Assembly (NCBI GenBank): GCA_038734945.1
Contig: JAVYOA010000001.1
Span: forward strand, 124,001 to 188,000
Direction of reading: 5' to 3'
Source: Fervidicoccaceae archaeon
Lineage (GTDB): Archaea > Thermoproteota > Thermoprotei_A > Sulfolobales > Fervidicoccaceae
Length of the DNA: 64,000 nt
The notes beneath the pieces are model-generated. The model worked only from the letters and a program-made list of their open reading frames with translations. It was not told the DNA's origin and did no database searches. The translations under genes were made by a program, and so were the position numbers. Below are positions 19,192 to 28,214 of the stretch, piece by piece (position 1 is the stretch's first letter; the number at the start of each line of letters is the position of its first letter).

Positions 19192-20264
19192 GCTTGTTCT
19201 TCCTCTATTCTTTCCATTTCTCCAATGAGCTTCCTCACGTGCTCCTCTGTGATGTACCCCATTACCCCAACTCTCAGGATTTTCTCCTTCAGATCTCCCA
19301 TACCAGTAGCAACATAGATTCCCCTTTTCTTGAGATTTTCTGCTATTTCAATTGAGCTCCTTCCCCTGGGAGGAACAAGTGCAGCAACTGTATGTGCCCT
19401 GACCTCCTCGGAGGGTAGCGGTGAATAGCCCAACCTCCCAGCCTCATTATACAGCAGAGAGCTTGCCCTCTGTATTCTACTCCATCTTTCCTCCTTTCCC
19501 TCCTCTCTGAGGATTCTCAGCGCCTCTGCTAGACCATACATGAGGTTGATAGCTGGTGTGAAGGGCGTTTCCCTTTTTTCCAGAAATTTCAAATACTTAC
19601 AGAGATCCAGGTATGACGGCTTTGAGCTTGTTCTGCATGCTATCCTTGATGCCTCGCTTGAGAGAGCAACAATAGATAATCCAGGAGGTCCTCCAAGGCC
19701 TTTCTGAGAGCAGCTGGCAACCGCGAATATGTTCCAGCTGCTCATTCTCAGCTCCTCTCCTCCAAGGGATGATACTGCATCTAGGAGAAGCTGTGCTCCC
19801 ATCTCCTCTGAGAGCCTTGATAGCCTCTCCAAATAGCTTATAATTGCTCCTGTGCTCGTCTCGACATGCACTGTAGCTATGTATTTTGGCTTGAAGCGCT
19901 CGGCTGCCTCTGCAACTTCAGCAAATGATGGTGCGCTGCCTGGGGGGCTCTTCAGCGTTTCCAGCCTTGCTCCCCTGCTTTCCAGGCTCTCTCTCATTCT
20001 CCTCCCAAACTCTCCAAATTCCAGCACAAGGACTCTATCTCCTGGATTCACTAGGGAGTATATCATTGCCTCAACTCCAAGCGTTCCTGAGCCGGTAAGC
20101 AGCAGTGCTTTCTCTTCCCCGTTCCCCCCAACGCTCCACTTCAGATCTTCCAGGATTGATGTTAGCAGATTGGAAAACTTCTCGGATCGATGGGAAACTA
20201 CCTGCATAGCTATAGCTTTCAGAACTCTCTCGTGAAGCTCCACTGGTCCGGGAACCAGTATCAC
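19188..20264 (-). CDS. Class V aminotransferase (serine-pyruvate/alanine-glyoxylate-like)
   Basis: MILVPGPV, HVETSTG, DAVSSLGG, SQKGLGGPPG, LRVGVMG. Confidence 0.88.
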   Translation of the reverse strand: MILVPGPVELHERVLKAIAMQVVSHRSEKFSNLLTSILEDLKWSVGGNGEEKALLLTGSGTLGVEAMIYSLVNPGDRVLVLEFGEFGRRMRESLESRGARLETLKSPPGSAPSFAEVAEAAERFKPKYIATVHVETSTGAIISYLERLSRLSEEMGAQLLLDAVSSLGGEELRMSSWNIFAVASCSQKGLGGPPGLSIVALSSEASRIACRTSSKPSYLDLCKYLKFLEKRETPFTPAINLMYGLAEALRILREEGKEERWSRIQRASSLLYNEAGRLGYSPLPSEEVRAHTVAALVPPRGRSSIEIAENLKKRGIYVATGMGDLKEKILRVGVMGYITEEHVRKLIGEMERIEEEQA

Positions 20265-21190
20265 TCTTCCACCCTCCTGAGCTTTCTCTCAATTGCTTCT
20301 GCGATCTCCAAGGCTATCCTCCTCTGAGCCTCAACTGTTTGGCTCCCAATGTGAGGAGTTACCACAACATTTGGATGCTTGATGAGCTCCATCTCCAGCT
20401 CTCCAGGCGGCTCTCGCTCCAGGACGTCGAGGGCTGCCCCTCCCAGCTTTCCCACCTTCAGCGCCTCCAGAAGTGCCTCCTGATCTACTATTGAGCCTCT
20501 TGATGTGTTTATGAGAAGGGCTCCATTCTTCATTAGGAAAATTTCCCTCTTCCCAATCAGCCTGTGCGTCTCCTTTGTCAGAGGAACGTGCAATGTCACA
20601 ATGTCTGATGAGCGCAGGAGGTCCTCCAGGCTGTCGGCAAGCTTTATTCCATGTAGCTCGTTCAGTGCTTCCTTTCTCACATCATATGCTATTACTTCCA
20701 TTCCCAGACATCTGCAGAGCCTGGCTACTTCCCTACCTATTCTTCCGATTCCAATGATTCCTGCTACTTTTCCTCTCAGCTCGATCCCCTCGACCTTTTC
20801 CCATCTGCCCTCCCTCGTGAGCTGCATGGCCGTGTTTATTTTTCTTGCGAGAACCAGCATGAGGGCAACTGTGAGCTCCGCAACAGAAACGGCAGGGGCT
20901 GCTGGTGATGTAATTATTTCTATTTTCCTCGCCGCAGCCTCCTCAACATCTATGTTGTCAACGCCTACGCCAGCCCTAGCAATAAGCTTGAGATTCTTTC
21001 CTTTCTTGATGACTTCTGCATCTATTTTCGTTCTGCTTCTCACAACAACTGCATCGAACTTCTCGATTTCCTCTAGAAGTTTTTCCCTTGAGATTCCTGG
21101 AGAATAGAGAACTTCAAACCCCCTTCTCTCCAGTTCCTCTGCGAGAGTTCTGTCTACTCTGTCTGCTATGAGAATCCTTTCCTTTTTAAT
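20261..21190 (-). CDS. serA: D-3-phosphoglycerate dehydrogenase / D-2-hydroxyacid dehydrogenase (start uncertain; coding extends upstream of 21043)
   Basis: RAGVGVDNID, GIIGIGRIG, INTSRG, TPHIGSQT; in-frame upstream RILIADRVD...FDAVVVRS is the normal N-terminus. Confidence 0.85.
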   Translation of the reverse strand: MKKERILIADRVDRTLAEELERRGFEVLYSPGISREKLLEEIEKFDAVVVRSRTKIDAEVIKKGKNLKLIARAGVGVDNIDVEEAAARKIEIITSPAAPAVSVAELTVALMLVLARKINTAMQLTREGRWEKVEGIELRGKVAGIIGIGRIGREVARLCRCLGMEVIAYDVRKEALNELHGIKLADSLEDLLRSSDIVTLHVPLTKETHRLIGKREIFLMKNGALLINTSRGSIVDQEALLEALKVGKLGGAALDVLEREPPGELEMELIKHPNVVVTPHIGSQTVEAQRRIALEIAEAIERKLRRVEE

Positions 21191-21335
21191 ATGTGGGGAG
21201 TTCTGTGAATCGGGAACGACGACAAAGAGGCAAACACCTCACGGTGTTCTCTTTATTTTTGGGTATAAATTTAAAAATTTTTGTGTTTTTCAAAATTTCC
21301 GCTTAGAGCTTTTCAGCTATGATGCATGCTGTACT

Positions 21336-21944
21336 TTAGGAAGAAGCTGTTATGTTGCTCGGCTGCTGTGTTGTGGTATTTGTTTCCCCCGCGATTGAGC
21401 GCAGATGCTGATATATGGCATTTGATATTGTTTGATTCAGGAGCTGCGCGGAAAATGTTCCGCTCGAGGTGACTGGGGGAAAGTCCATATAAAGGAATGT
21501 TCCGTTGCTTATCAGCATAAGGTATGGAGTTCCAAAGTACTGGCCCAGCGCATTTTCAATAGCACTGTATGTTGCCTTTGCAGAGGGATCCGAGCAGCTT
21601 GAAGAGAAGAATGTGCACACTATCTCAACAGGTGTTATGTTGTAGGGAGATTTTGGAAGGTAGCTCTTGAAGTACTCGCTCCAGACAGTATCGAATTGCT
21701 GGCAGGCAGGACAGTTCAAGTTTCTAAAGTAGATGAGGTAGGTTCCTTCTCCTTCTGGAAGCCAAAGAGTCCCGTTGCTGTTTATCTTCTTCCATTGCCC
21801 CCCACTGTATTCATAGATGCCCTCCACGTTGACCAGAGGGTTTGTTCCAATTCCTGTTATCACTGGAATTATGACTGAGAGGATCATGACTGCAATGAGC
21901 AGAAAGCCTGCAGCAATAACTCCTATTTGCTTGTAGTTAGGCAT
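21336..21944 (-). CDS. Membrane-anchored thioredoxin-fold protein
   Basis: N-terminal TM helix, CPAC motif, FGTPY cis-Pro loop. Confidence 0.7.
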   Translation of the reverse strand: MPNYKQIGVIAAGFLLIAVMILSVIIPVITGIGTNPLVNVEGIYEYSGGQWKKINSNGTLWLPEGEGTYLIYFRNLNCPACQQFDTVWSEYFKSYLPKSPYNITPVEIVCTFFSSSCSDPSAKATYSAIENALGQYFGTPYLMLISNGTFLYMDFPPVTSSGTFSAQLLNQTISNAIYQHLRSIAGETNTTTQQPSNITASS

Positions 21945-22116
21945 TCCCCATCTTCTCTCAAATTGTTCTAAAAGCTCTCATTCTGGGATTTTAAATGTTC
22001 GTGGTTGATTCCCGAGGAAAACCCTTTTTATGGATGCTTTTTTACTTTTACTTGTTTGTGTTATGACAGTTGGGCTTTTCTGCTAGCATTTTTTAAAGCT
22101 GTGAGAGGAGAAGGAA

Positions 22117-22260
22117 TTGAAGGAGAAAGGAAGGGTGGAGATCTGGGGAAAAATAGCATATCTGAGAACTGAAAGGGGAAAGGAGGCACTCATTCCAATA
22201 AACGATCTGTGCTCAATGGCTGAGAGGCTCGAAGTAGAGCTGGAGAATTATAAGTGCTAA
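22117..22260 (+). CDS. Small hypothetical protein, 47 aa (below ORF-track cutoff)
   Basis: TTG start after GAGGAG; MKEKGRVEIWGKIAYLRTERGKEALIPINDLCSMAERLEVELENYKC; TTTTAAA box upstream; stop overlaps the trpS stop. Confidence 0.6.
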   Translation: MKEKGRVEIWGKIAYLRTERGKEALIPINDLCSMAERLEVELENYKC

Positions 22261-23375
22261 AACGATGGAATGTCCACTATCTTCTCAGCTTCATCCTTGG
22301 CAAGTTCGAGCTTTTTCTGATGCTCTTCCAGCCATTTGAGAAGCTTCTCTACAGCCATCTTCTTGTCTTCTCCACATAATAGCTGTCCTCTTCTGCATCT
22401 GGAGTATATGTCAAGGAGATCTTCGTCCTTTGGTAATAAATGATAGAGATACATTTCATATACGCTGCACTTCTCCGGCTCTCCTCCTAGCTTCCTCTGT
22501 TCCTCCACTGTCGCTCTTCCTCCTGTAAGTGCCTTCATCAGCTTAGATGCTGCTACATCAGGAGGATCCGAGAGAAATATTGCCGAGTCAGGCCTGCTGC
22601 TGCTCATCTTTCCTCCATCGAGCCCTGTCATGAACCTGTGATATGTGCTGGCTGGCCTCCTGAGCTTGAGCTCACTTGAAAATCTATCTGCTATATCCCT
22701 CGTGAATCTGAGGTGGGGGTCCTGATCTGCTCCGACAGGAACGAAAACGTGTTGATACCCTCCATATTCCTCAAGCATGGGATGGAGAATGTCTGCAGCC
22801 TGAAGAAGGACTGCTGTTATTTTTGATGGGGTAACCTCGCCATATATAGCATTGAACTCTGCTGCTGTCACCTTCTGGCTGAACATGTTGGCTAGTCTGT
22901 AGTAAGGAGCATCCATGTTGCTCTGAAAATATATTCTCAAGTTTCTTTTCTGCAGCCCCAGAGCAAGGGCATTTGCTACATATTCATCGATGGCAATTCT
23001 TATGAGCTCCTTTCTGTCCATTTTCCTTACTGCATATGCTTCCATGTCAGCGATTGCCAGAATTATGTCCACTCCTCTCTCCTGCCAATATATTATTTGA
23101 TCCAAGAGCATCTTGTGGCCGAAATGCAGCTTACCGCTTGGCATGAATCCTGTGAGAAGCGCCACTTTTTCCCTTTTCTCCATAGCATCCAGTATCTGGT
23201 CAAAGTCCCTGTGACCAAATATAACTCCTCTTCTCATTAGAATGCTTGGAGACTTTATTCTTGGAAGTAGCTCCCTAAAAGGGCGAATACCAAATAGGTT
23301 GAACAGCTTCTCATAGTCTGCGATCTGCGAATATCCCCAGGGATCTAGCTTTATTTCCTCCTTCCTTTCCTCCAA
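22257..23375 (-). CDS. trpS: Tryptophan--tRNA ligase
   Basis: GFMPSGKLHFGH (HIGH), PVGADQDPH, KMSSS. Confidence 0.95.
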   Translation of the reverse strand: MEERKEEIKLDPWGYSQIADYEKLFNLFGIRPFRELLPRIKSPSILMRRGVIFGHRDFDQILDAMEKREKVALLTGFMPSGKLHFGHKMLLDQIIYWQERGVDIILAIADMEAYAVRKMDRKELIRIAIDEYVANALALGLQKRNLRIYFQSNMDAPYYRLANMFSQKVTAAEFNAIYGEVTPSKITAVLLQAADILHPMLEEYGGYQHVFVPVGADQDPHLRFTRDIADRFSSELKLRRPASTYHRFMTGLDGGKMSSSRPDSAIFLSDPPDVAASKLMKALTGGRATVEEQRKLGGEPEKCSVYEMYLYHLLPKDEDLLDIYSRCRRGQLLCGEDKKMAVEKLLKWLEEHQKKLELAKDEAEKIVDIPSF

Positions 23376-23434
23376 GACCGAACACCTTGAAGTGTTATGT
23401 TGTTTTGCTGAAAGCGTTTATATTGTTTCCAGAT

Positions 23435-23695
23435 GTTCCACAGGAAGTAGAGGGGTTAGCAGGAGGTGAGAGAGGAGGGATCGAATGTCTTGTTAACTCC
23501 CCAGTTAACACCCCTCCATTTCATGTGGAGCTCCTGGAGCTTTTGTTGCCCATAACCCTCACACCCCTCTATTTCATATGGAAAGCACTTTTCATTGATG
23601 GTGAAGAAGAAGCTCTCTCTATGAGTTTGTATAAACTTCAAATTTTAATTTTGGAATAGAGAAAAGGCTAATGATCCAATAGAAGTAGAGGGGGG
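23435..23695. other. oriC: Probable chromosomal replication origin (oriC) with four ORB elements
   Basis: ORB-like TCCAnnnGAAnnnnAGGGG repeats at 23435-23456(+), 23510-23531(-), 23563-23584(-) and 23673-23695(+); AT-rich tract at about 23625-23660. Confidence 0.8.
23490..23510. promoter_or_regulatory. Near-palindromic motif TGTTAACTCCCCAGTTAACA inside the origin (copy 1)
   Basis: 7-bp arms around a 6-bp spacer, between inward-facing ORB1 and ORB2; 19 bp identical to 27042-27060 in reverse orientation. Confidence 0.65.
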
Positions 23696-24229
23696 CTAGG
23701 GCATTCTGAACATTTTTGGTAATCTAACTCCTCTCTGACCTTGATAATCTCCTATATAGGGCTTTTCAACTGGAGTAAGAAGTCTAGCAAATATTAGATG
23801 AGCAAATCTGTCTCCGGAATGTAGTTTTATTGGAAAAGATCCCCCAACTACTTCAATAGTTATGTTTCCCTCAAAACCAGCATCCACAATTGTTGGTGGG
23901 GCCAGTATTCCCAGCCTCGCATATGTGCTTCTGAGATTGACAAACGCCATTATGTCATCTGGAAGCTTTATGAATTCCATTGTATTTAAGAGAACCCTCT
24001 CGTTGGGCATTATTATGAAGCTGTCCCCCCTGATTATTTCATAGTAGCTTCCTGGATCTAGATCTCTATCCCTTGTATCAACAGGAATGGAGCTAGGCTT
24101 TAGCTTTGCTATTTCGTTTGAGAGCCTTAAGTCTATTCCATTTTCTCTTACAATTTCTTCATCATATGGCTCTATGTATATTCTTCCTGTTTTTATGTAG
24201 TATCTCAGATCTCGATCTCCCAGTATCAT
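23696..24229 (-). CDS. dcd: dCTP deaminase
   Basis: [46 protein letters not shown] at 24229. Confidence 0.95.
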   Translation of the reverse strand: MILGDRDLRYYIKTGRIYIEPYDEEIVRENGIDLRLSNEIAKLKPSSIPVDTRDRDLDPGSYYEIIRGDSFIIMPNERVLLNTMEFIKLPDDIMAFVNLRSTYARLGILAPPTIVDAGFEGNITIEVVGGSFPIKLHSGDRFAHLIFARLLTPVEKPYIGDYQGQRGVRLPKMFRMP

Positions 24230-24304
24230 GTTGTAATTCCCCCTACTTTTGAAAACATATCCTAAAAAATTGGATATTAACACTTGATAATGCTTTTTGA
24301 GAAG

Positions 24305-25342
24305 TTATGGTAGGTTTGCTTTGAGAACTCTCATTACATTTTCAAATGCTATTTTCTTCAGATCCTTGTCATCGAATCCCTTTTCAGAGAGCTTGCTGTA
24401 TAGATTGGGAAGCCTATCAATGCTTTCAAATCCTTCTGGTGCAGGAAGACCTAAAAGGCCTAGAAAGTCAGTCCCTATAGCAAGAATATCAGTTCCAAAA
24501 TTTTCCTTTACATGCACGAAGTGATTTATGAGATCCTCCATGCTTGGCCTCTGCTTATTAGATATAAGCGGCCCTATTGCCGAGATTCCCAATACTCCAT
24601 TATTTTTATAAAGCATTTCAAGAATCTCATCATCGACGTTCCTGGATCTGTCTACAATTTTTCTCACATTTGCATGACTTATTATCATGGGCTTCTTGCT
24701 CGCTGAAAGAGCATCCATGACCGTTCTCTTGCTAGCATGGGCCAAATCCACGATTATTCCCAGTCTGTTTGCAGTTCTTATGAGCTCTTCTCCATCACTC
24801 GTTAATCCCAAATCCTTCTTTGAAGTGCAGCCAGTGCCATATTTGTTCTGATAGTTCCAGGTGATTCCTATGCTTCTCAGACCGAGCTTTTTCAATACTA
24901 CCAAGTCATAGGGCTCATCGATGGGCTCAGCTCCCTCCATATGCAAAAGAAAGCACACCACATCTTCCTTCAAGCATCTTTCCGCATCCTCATAAGTTTC
25001 CACAAATTTTATTCCATATGCTTCAGCCATCTTGTAGTAAATAGATATGTGCTCCCAGAGTATGGATTGAGGAACTCTATACTTTGTGGCTGGCATCCAG
25101 CTGCCGTAGAGCTCCTTTAGAGCTCTTGATTCCTCTGGGCTGAAGCTCTCAATTCCGGTGAAAATGGCTGAAAACACTATTTTTACTCCAGCCTTCCTGT
25201 ACTTTGGAATGTCTGCATCTCTTCCTGGAATGTCCTCAGAGAAGTCTCCAAGTGGTGCTCCCCCTCCATGATAGAGGAAGTATGCCGAGACATCCTCATG
25301 TAGATCTATGGATGGATAAAAGAAAGGAGATTCCAAAGACAT
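24305..25342 (-). CDS. Membrane dipeptidase family (M19) peptidase
   Basis: DLHED, HMEGAE, VDLAHAS, SHAN, IGTDF. Confidence 0.88.
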   Translation of the reverse strand: MSLESPFFYPSIDLHEDVSAYFLYHGGGAPLGDFSEDIPGRDADIPKYRKAGVKIVFSAIFTGIESFSPEESRALKELYGSWMPATKYRVPQSILWEHISIYYKMAEAYGIKFVETYEDAERCLKEDVVCFLLHMEGAEPIDEPYDLVVLKKLGLRSIGITWNYQNKYGTGCTSKKDLGLTSDGEELIRTANRLGIIVDLAHASKRTVMDALSASKKPMIISHANVRKIVDRSRNVDDEILEMLYKNNGVLGISAIGPLISNKQRPSMEDLINHFVHVKENFGTDILAIGTDFLGLLGLPAPEGFESIDRLPNLYSKLSEKGFDDKDLKKIAFENVMRVLKANLP

Positions 25343-25508
25343 TTTCAGTACAACTCCTATTTTTAATAATTTTAAATATTGCTAGTTAGATATAAAACTT
25401 CCTTTTAAAGTTCAGCGTGAAGAATCAGGAATAATTTTCAAACTTCTAAGATTATAATAAATTTTAAATATTACAAAAAGGGATTTCTCGTTTGAGGTGT
25501 TTTTTTAG

Positions 25509-26960
25509 ATGTCATTGAAAAGAGTTCTCACATGGTATCATGTGCTAGCCCTAGGAGTAGCTGGAATTGTAGGAACGAGCTGGGTCTACCTAAACACTAC
25601 CTTCTATGATCTCTATGGACCAGGATCTGTTATATTGGGCTACTTAATAGCCACTGTTATGGCCTCTCTAATAGCTCTAGCATATTCAGAGATGTCAACT
25701 ACAATTCCAAGAGAGGGGGGAGAGGTAGCATTTGTATTTCCAGCAATAGGTGCAGCAGGATCGTTCTTCATTGCTTGGATGTTTCTGCTGGGGATGCTCG
25801 CTGCTGCCCTATCCTTCTACTTTGTTGGACTTCCCTACCTTCTCAGCTGGATATTCCCTCAGCTCAACACATTTCCGCTCTATGAAGTTGCTGGCTTTCC
25901 TGTATATCTTCCATGGATAATAGTGGGTTTGGCAGGAGCGCTTACGATATTCGCGATGAACTACTTCAGCGTTAAGCTCACCGGCCATGTCCAAACAATA
26001 CTGTTCATATTGTTGGTGCTCACAGGAGTTATAATGATAATAGTCGCAGCTCTTCGAGGCTCTCTGCAGAATTTCGAGCCGCCTTTCAAGCCTGGATCAA
26101 ATCCAGGAGTGAACGCCTTCAGGTTTGCACTAATAGGAATAGGCTATCTCTCTGGCTTCGAAACACTGCCAATGATAGCTGAGGAGACGAAAGTAGAAGT
26201 GAAGAAGTTTGGATACCTAGTAGCTCTGAGCGCAGTTCTAGCTGGATTGTGGTACATGACCATGATGTTTGTAGGAGCAACTCTGATGCCTTGGCAAGGA
26301 TCCTCAACAGCAGCCCCTCATGGCCTCATAGATGAGCTGAACATGATACATCCAGGTTTGGGCTATGTGGCTTGGCTCGCCTCCTTCTTGGGCTTAGTAA
26401 CATCATGGATACCTGCTATGCTAACCATATCGAGAATGATCTATGCCCTGGCAAGAGGAGGCCTATTTCCAAAGCAATTCGAGAAGCTCAGTCCCAAATA
26501 TAATGTCCCAACAAATGCCCTGATCTTTGTTCTGCTGGTCTCAGTGGTACTTGGGCTTCTGGGAAGGAAGGGGCTTGTTTGGTTCCTCGATGTTGGAGGG
26601 GTCTCTCTCGGTGTGTGCTGGTTAACAGCAACGCTTTCCATGCTCATAACAAGAAGAAGATATCCCCAGCTAAAGAGGCCCTTCGCAGTTCCATATCCAT
26701 TCATTATCGGAGGAATAGCGCTGATAATTGGACTCACTGTAGTTATCACTCCCCTCATTCCTGGCACAGATGTGAGCTTGGTGTGGCCCTACGAATATGT
26801 TCTGCTAATAGTTTGGGTGCTTTTAGGAATTCTACTGTACTTTGGCTACGTTAGAGGGAGGATCAGGGAAATCGGTTTGGAGAACGTGGCTAGAGGGCTC
26901 CTCGGCGAATATTACGATCAGATTTTCGGAGCGAAGAAGGAGGAGCCCAAAAAACAATGA
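25509..26960 (+). CDS. APC-family amino acid permease
   Basis: About 12 TM helices, AYSEMST..P..GG, GFETLP..AEE, RMIYALAR. Confidence 0.9.
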   Translation: MSLKRVLTWYHVLALGVAGIVGTSWVYLNTTFYDLYGPGSVILGYLIATVMASLIALAYSEMSTTIPREGGEVAFVFPAIGAAGSFFIAWMFLLGMLAAALSFYFVGLPYLLSWIFPQLNTFPLYEVAGFPVYLPWIIVGLAGALTIFAMNYFSVKLTGHVQTILFILLVLTGVIMIIVAALRGSLQNFEPPFKPGSNPGVNAFRFALIGIGYLSGFETLPMIAEETKVEVKKFGYLVALSAVLAGLWYMTMMFVGATLMPWQGSSTAAPHGLIDELNMIHPGLGYVAWLASFLGLVTSWIPAMLTISRMIYALARGGLFPKQFEKLSPKYNVPTNALIFVLLVSVVLGLLGRKGLVWFLDVGGVSLGVCWLTATLSMLITRRRYPQLKRPFAVPYPFIIGGIALIIGLTVVITPLIPGTDVSLVWPYEYVLLIVWVLLGILLYFGYVRGRIREIGLENVARGLLGEYYDQIFGAKKEEPKKQ

Positions 26961-27041
26961 TTTTTTAATTTATTCTGCTGGGCATTTCAAACCGCTTCAA
27001 TAGCAGCTGTTAGCGGGAAAAGAGCAAGATAAAATCCTTTT

Positions 27042-27060
27042 TTAACTGGGGAGTTAACAA
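27042..27060. promoter_or_regulatory. Second copy of the origin palindrome (TTAACTGGGGAGTTAACAA)
   Basis: Exact 19-bp reverse complement of 23490-23508; directly upstream of a TTTAAA box about 55 nt before the gene at 27125. Confidence 0.6.
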
Positions 27061-27124
27061 CAGATTTAAATTCAACCTTCTCTCAAAACATCTTGAGCTC
27101 TAGCTTCTTCAGGAGCTGAGAAAC

Positions 27125-27400
27125 ATGAAGAATGAGCAAGTGGCAGCCTATATCCTCATAGCATCAGGCATCTTCCTCATATTCTTCGCTGCTTATTTGG
27201 CCTACAGCGATTACAAAACATATGCTCCTTCAGTAATAGGATCCAACGTGAACGACGTTCTCTCCTCCGTTATTTCCTCCCTGCTGGTTCTGGCCATGAA
27301 GCTTGGCTATCTCGGGATTCTTGTGTGGGGAGGATCCCTCGTGACGAAATACGGCATACAGCTCTTGCTTGGAGTTAGGAGGGAAATTCCAAGGCAATAA
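27125..27400 (+). CDS. Small membrane protein (2 TM)
   Basis: Two hydrophobic helices. Confidence 0.7.
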   Translation: MKNEQVAAYILIASGIFLIFFAAYLAYSDYKTYAPSVIGSNVNDVLSSVISSLLVLAMKLGYLGILVWGGSLVTKYGIQLLLGVRREIPRQ

Positions 27401-27414
27401 AGGGCTGCATAAAA

Positions 27415-27792
27415 ATGTATGGTCCAGCCAAGTATGCTATTGTAATAGTCACGGCAGCCCTGCTAGCCTATATGCTCATCCCTCTTGCCATTCTATTCCT
27501 TGAAGTCAGGGAAAATCCAAATGCCATCGGTCTCGAGCTTAAACCCCTGGAGGTCCTGGAAAATCAAAGCGTTGTTGTGGAGGTAATATACAAACATGAA
27601 ATATCGGTAACTTTCAACAATCTCACTATAGTGATTGCTGGGAGCACAATTAGCTTTGGAGACGTGAGAGAGGGGATCTATGAAAGGAATATAACCATTC
27701 CCCTCTCCGCATTAGAGGGAAAAAGCAGCACAAAGATAAGTTTTGTTCTAGCAGGAATATATCCAGTCACAATGGAAGTGCAGGGAAAATGA
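27415..27792 (+). CDS. Membrane-anchored protein
   Basis: One N-terminal TM helix and a beta-rich domain. Confidence 0.65.
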   Translation: MYGPAKYAIVIVTAALLAYMLIPLAILFLEVRENPNAIGLELKPLEVLENQSVVVEVIYKHEISVTFNNLTIVIAGSTISFGDVREGIYERNITIPLSALEGKSSTKISFVLAGIYPVTMEVQGK

Positions 27793-28214
27793 GCACAGCC
27801 ATGAGAATTTTCAGAGGAATATTGCTTGGGACTTTAACAGGGCTTCTCTACTATGCTGTGTTCTTTCTCCTCATACCAATGCTTCTGCGCTACTACAACA
27901 TTCCAACAGAGGAAGCACCCAGCTTCAGCTCCTCATACCTTCTTCTGGCCCTTGCTCTCATAATAACAATGGAGATAGCAGCCTCTGCACTCCGATTTCC
28001 CCTCTCTCTTCCCCTTTACCTAGCCTCTGCTGCTCTAGCTCTTTACATAATGGGTAGCATAGTTAGCTGGGGGAAGGCATCAGTACAAACAGCGATTTCT
28101 GGAGAGAGCATAAGAATAACCGTGGATGCTTCCCCCCTCATAGCAGCGATAGCTGGTGCATCCATTCTTATCGCTCTTCTCTCTGCTCTGGAAATGCTTG
28201 GAAAGGAGAGCTAG
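27789..28214 (+). CDS. Membrane protein (about 4 TM)
   Basis: Hydrophobic; ATGA overlap with the previous gene. Confidence 0.65.
   Translation: MSTAMRIFRGILLGTLTGLLYYAVFFLLIPMLLRYYNIPTEEAPSFSSSYLLLALALIITMEIAASALRFPLSLPLYLASAALALYIMGSIVSWGKASVQTAISGESIRITVDASPLIAAIAGASILIALLSALEMLGKES

Noticed and set aside
23508..23582. 22-bp direct repeat as a mini-CRISPR
   Set aside because: Only two same-orientation copies with mismatches, the other copies are inverted, no cas genes, and the repeat matches the ORB consensus
23387..23659. ORF-track calls of 90 aa (+) and 61 aa (-) between trpS and dcd
   Set aside because: No protein motifs; the sequence is better explained by the ORB repeats and palindrome
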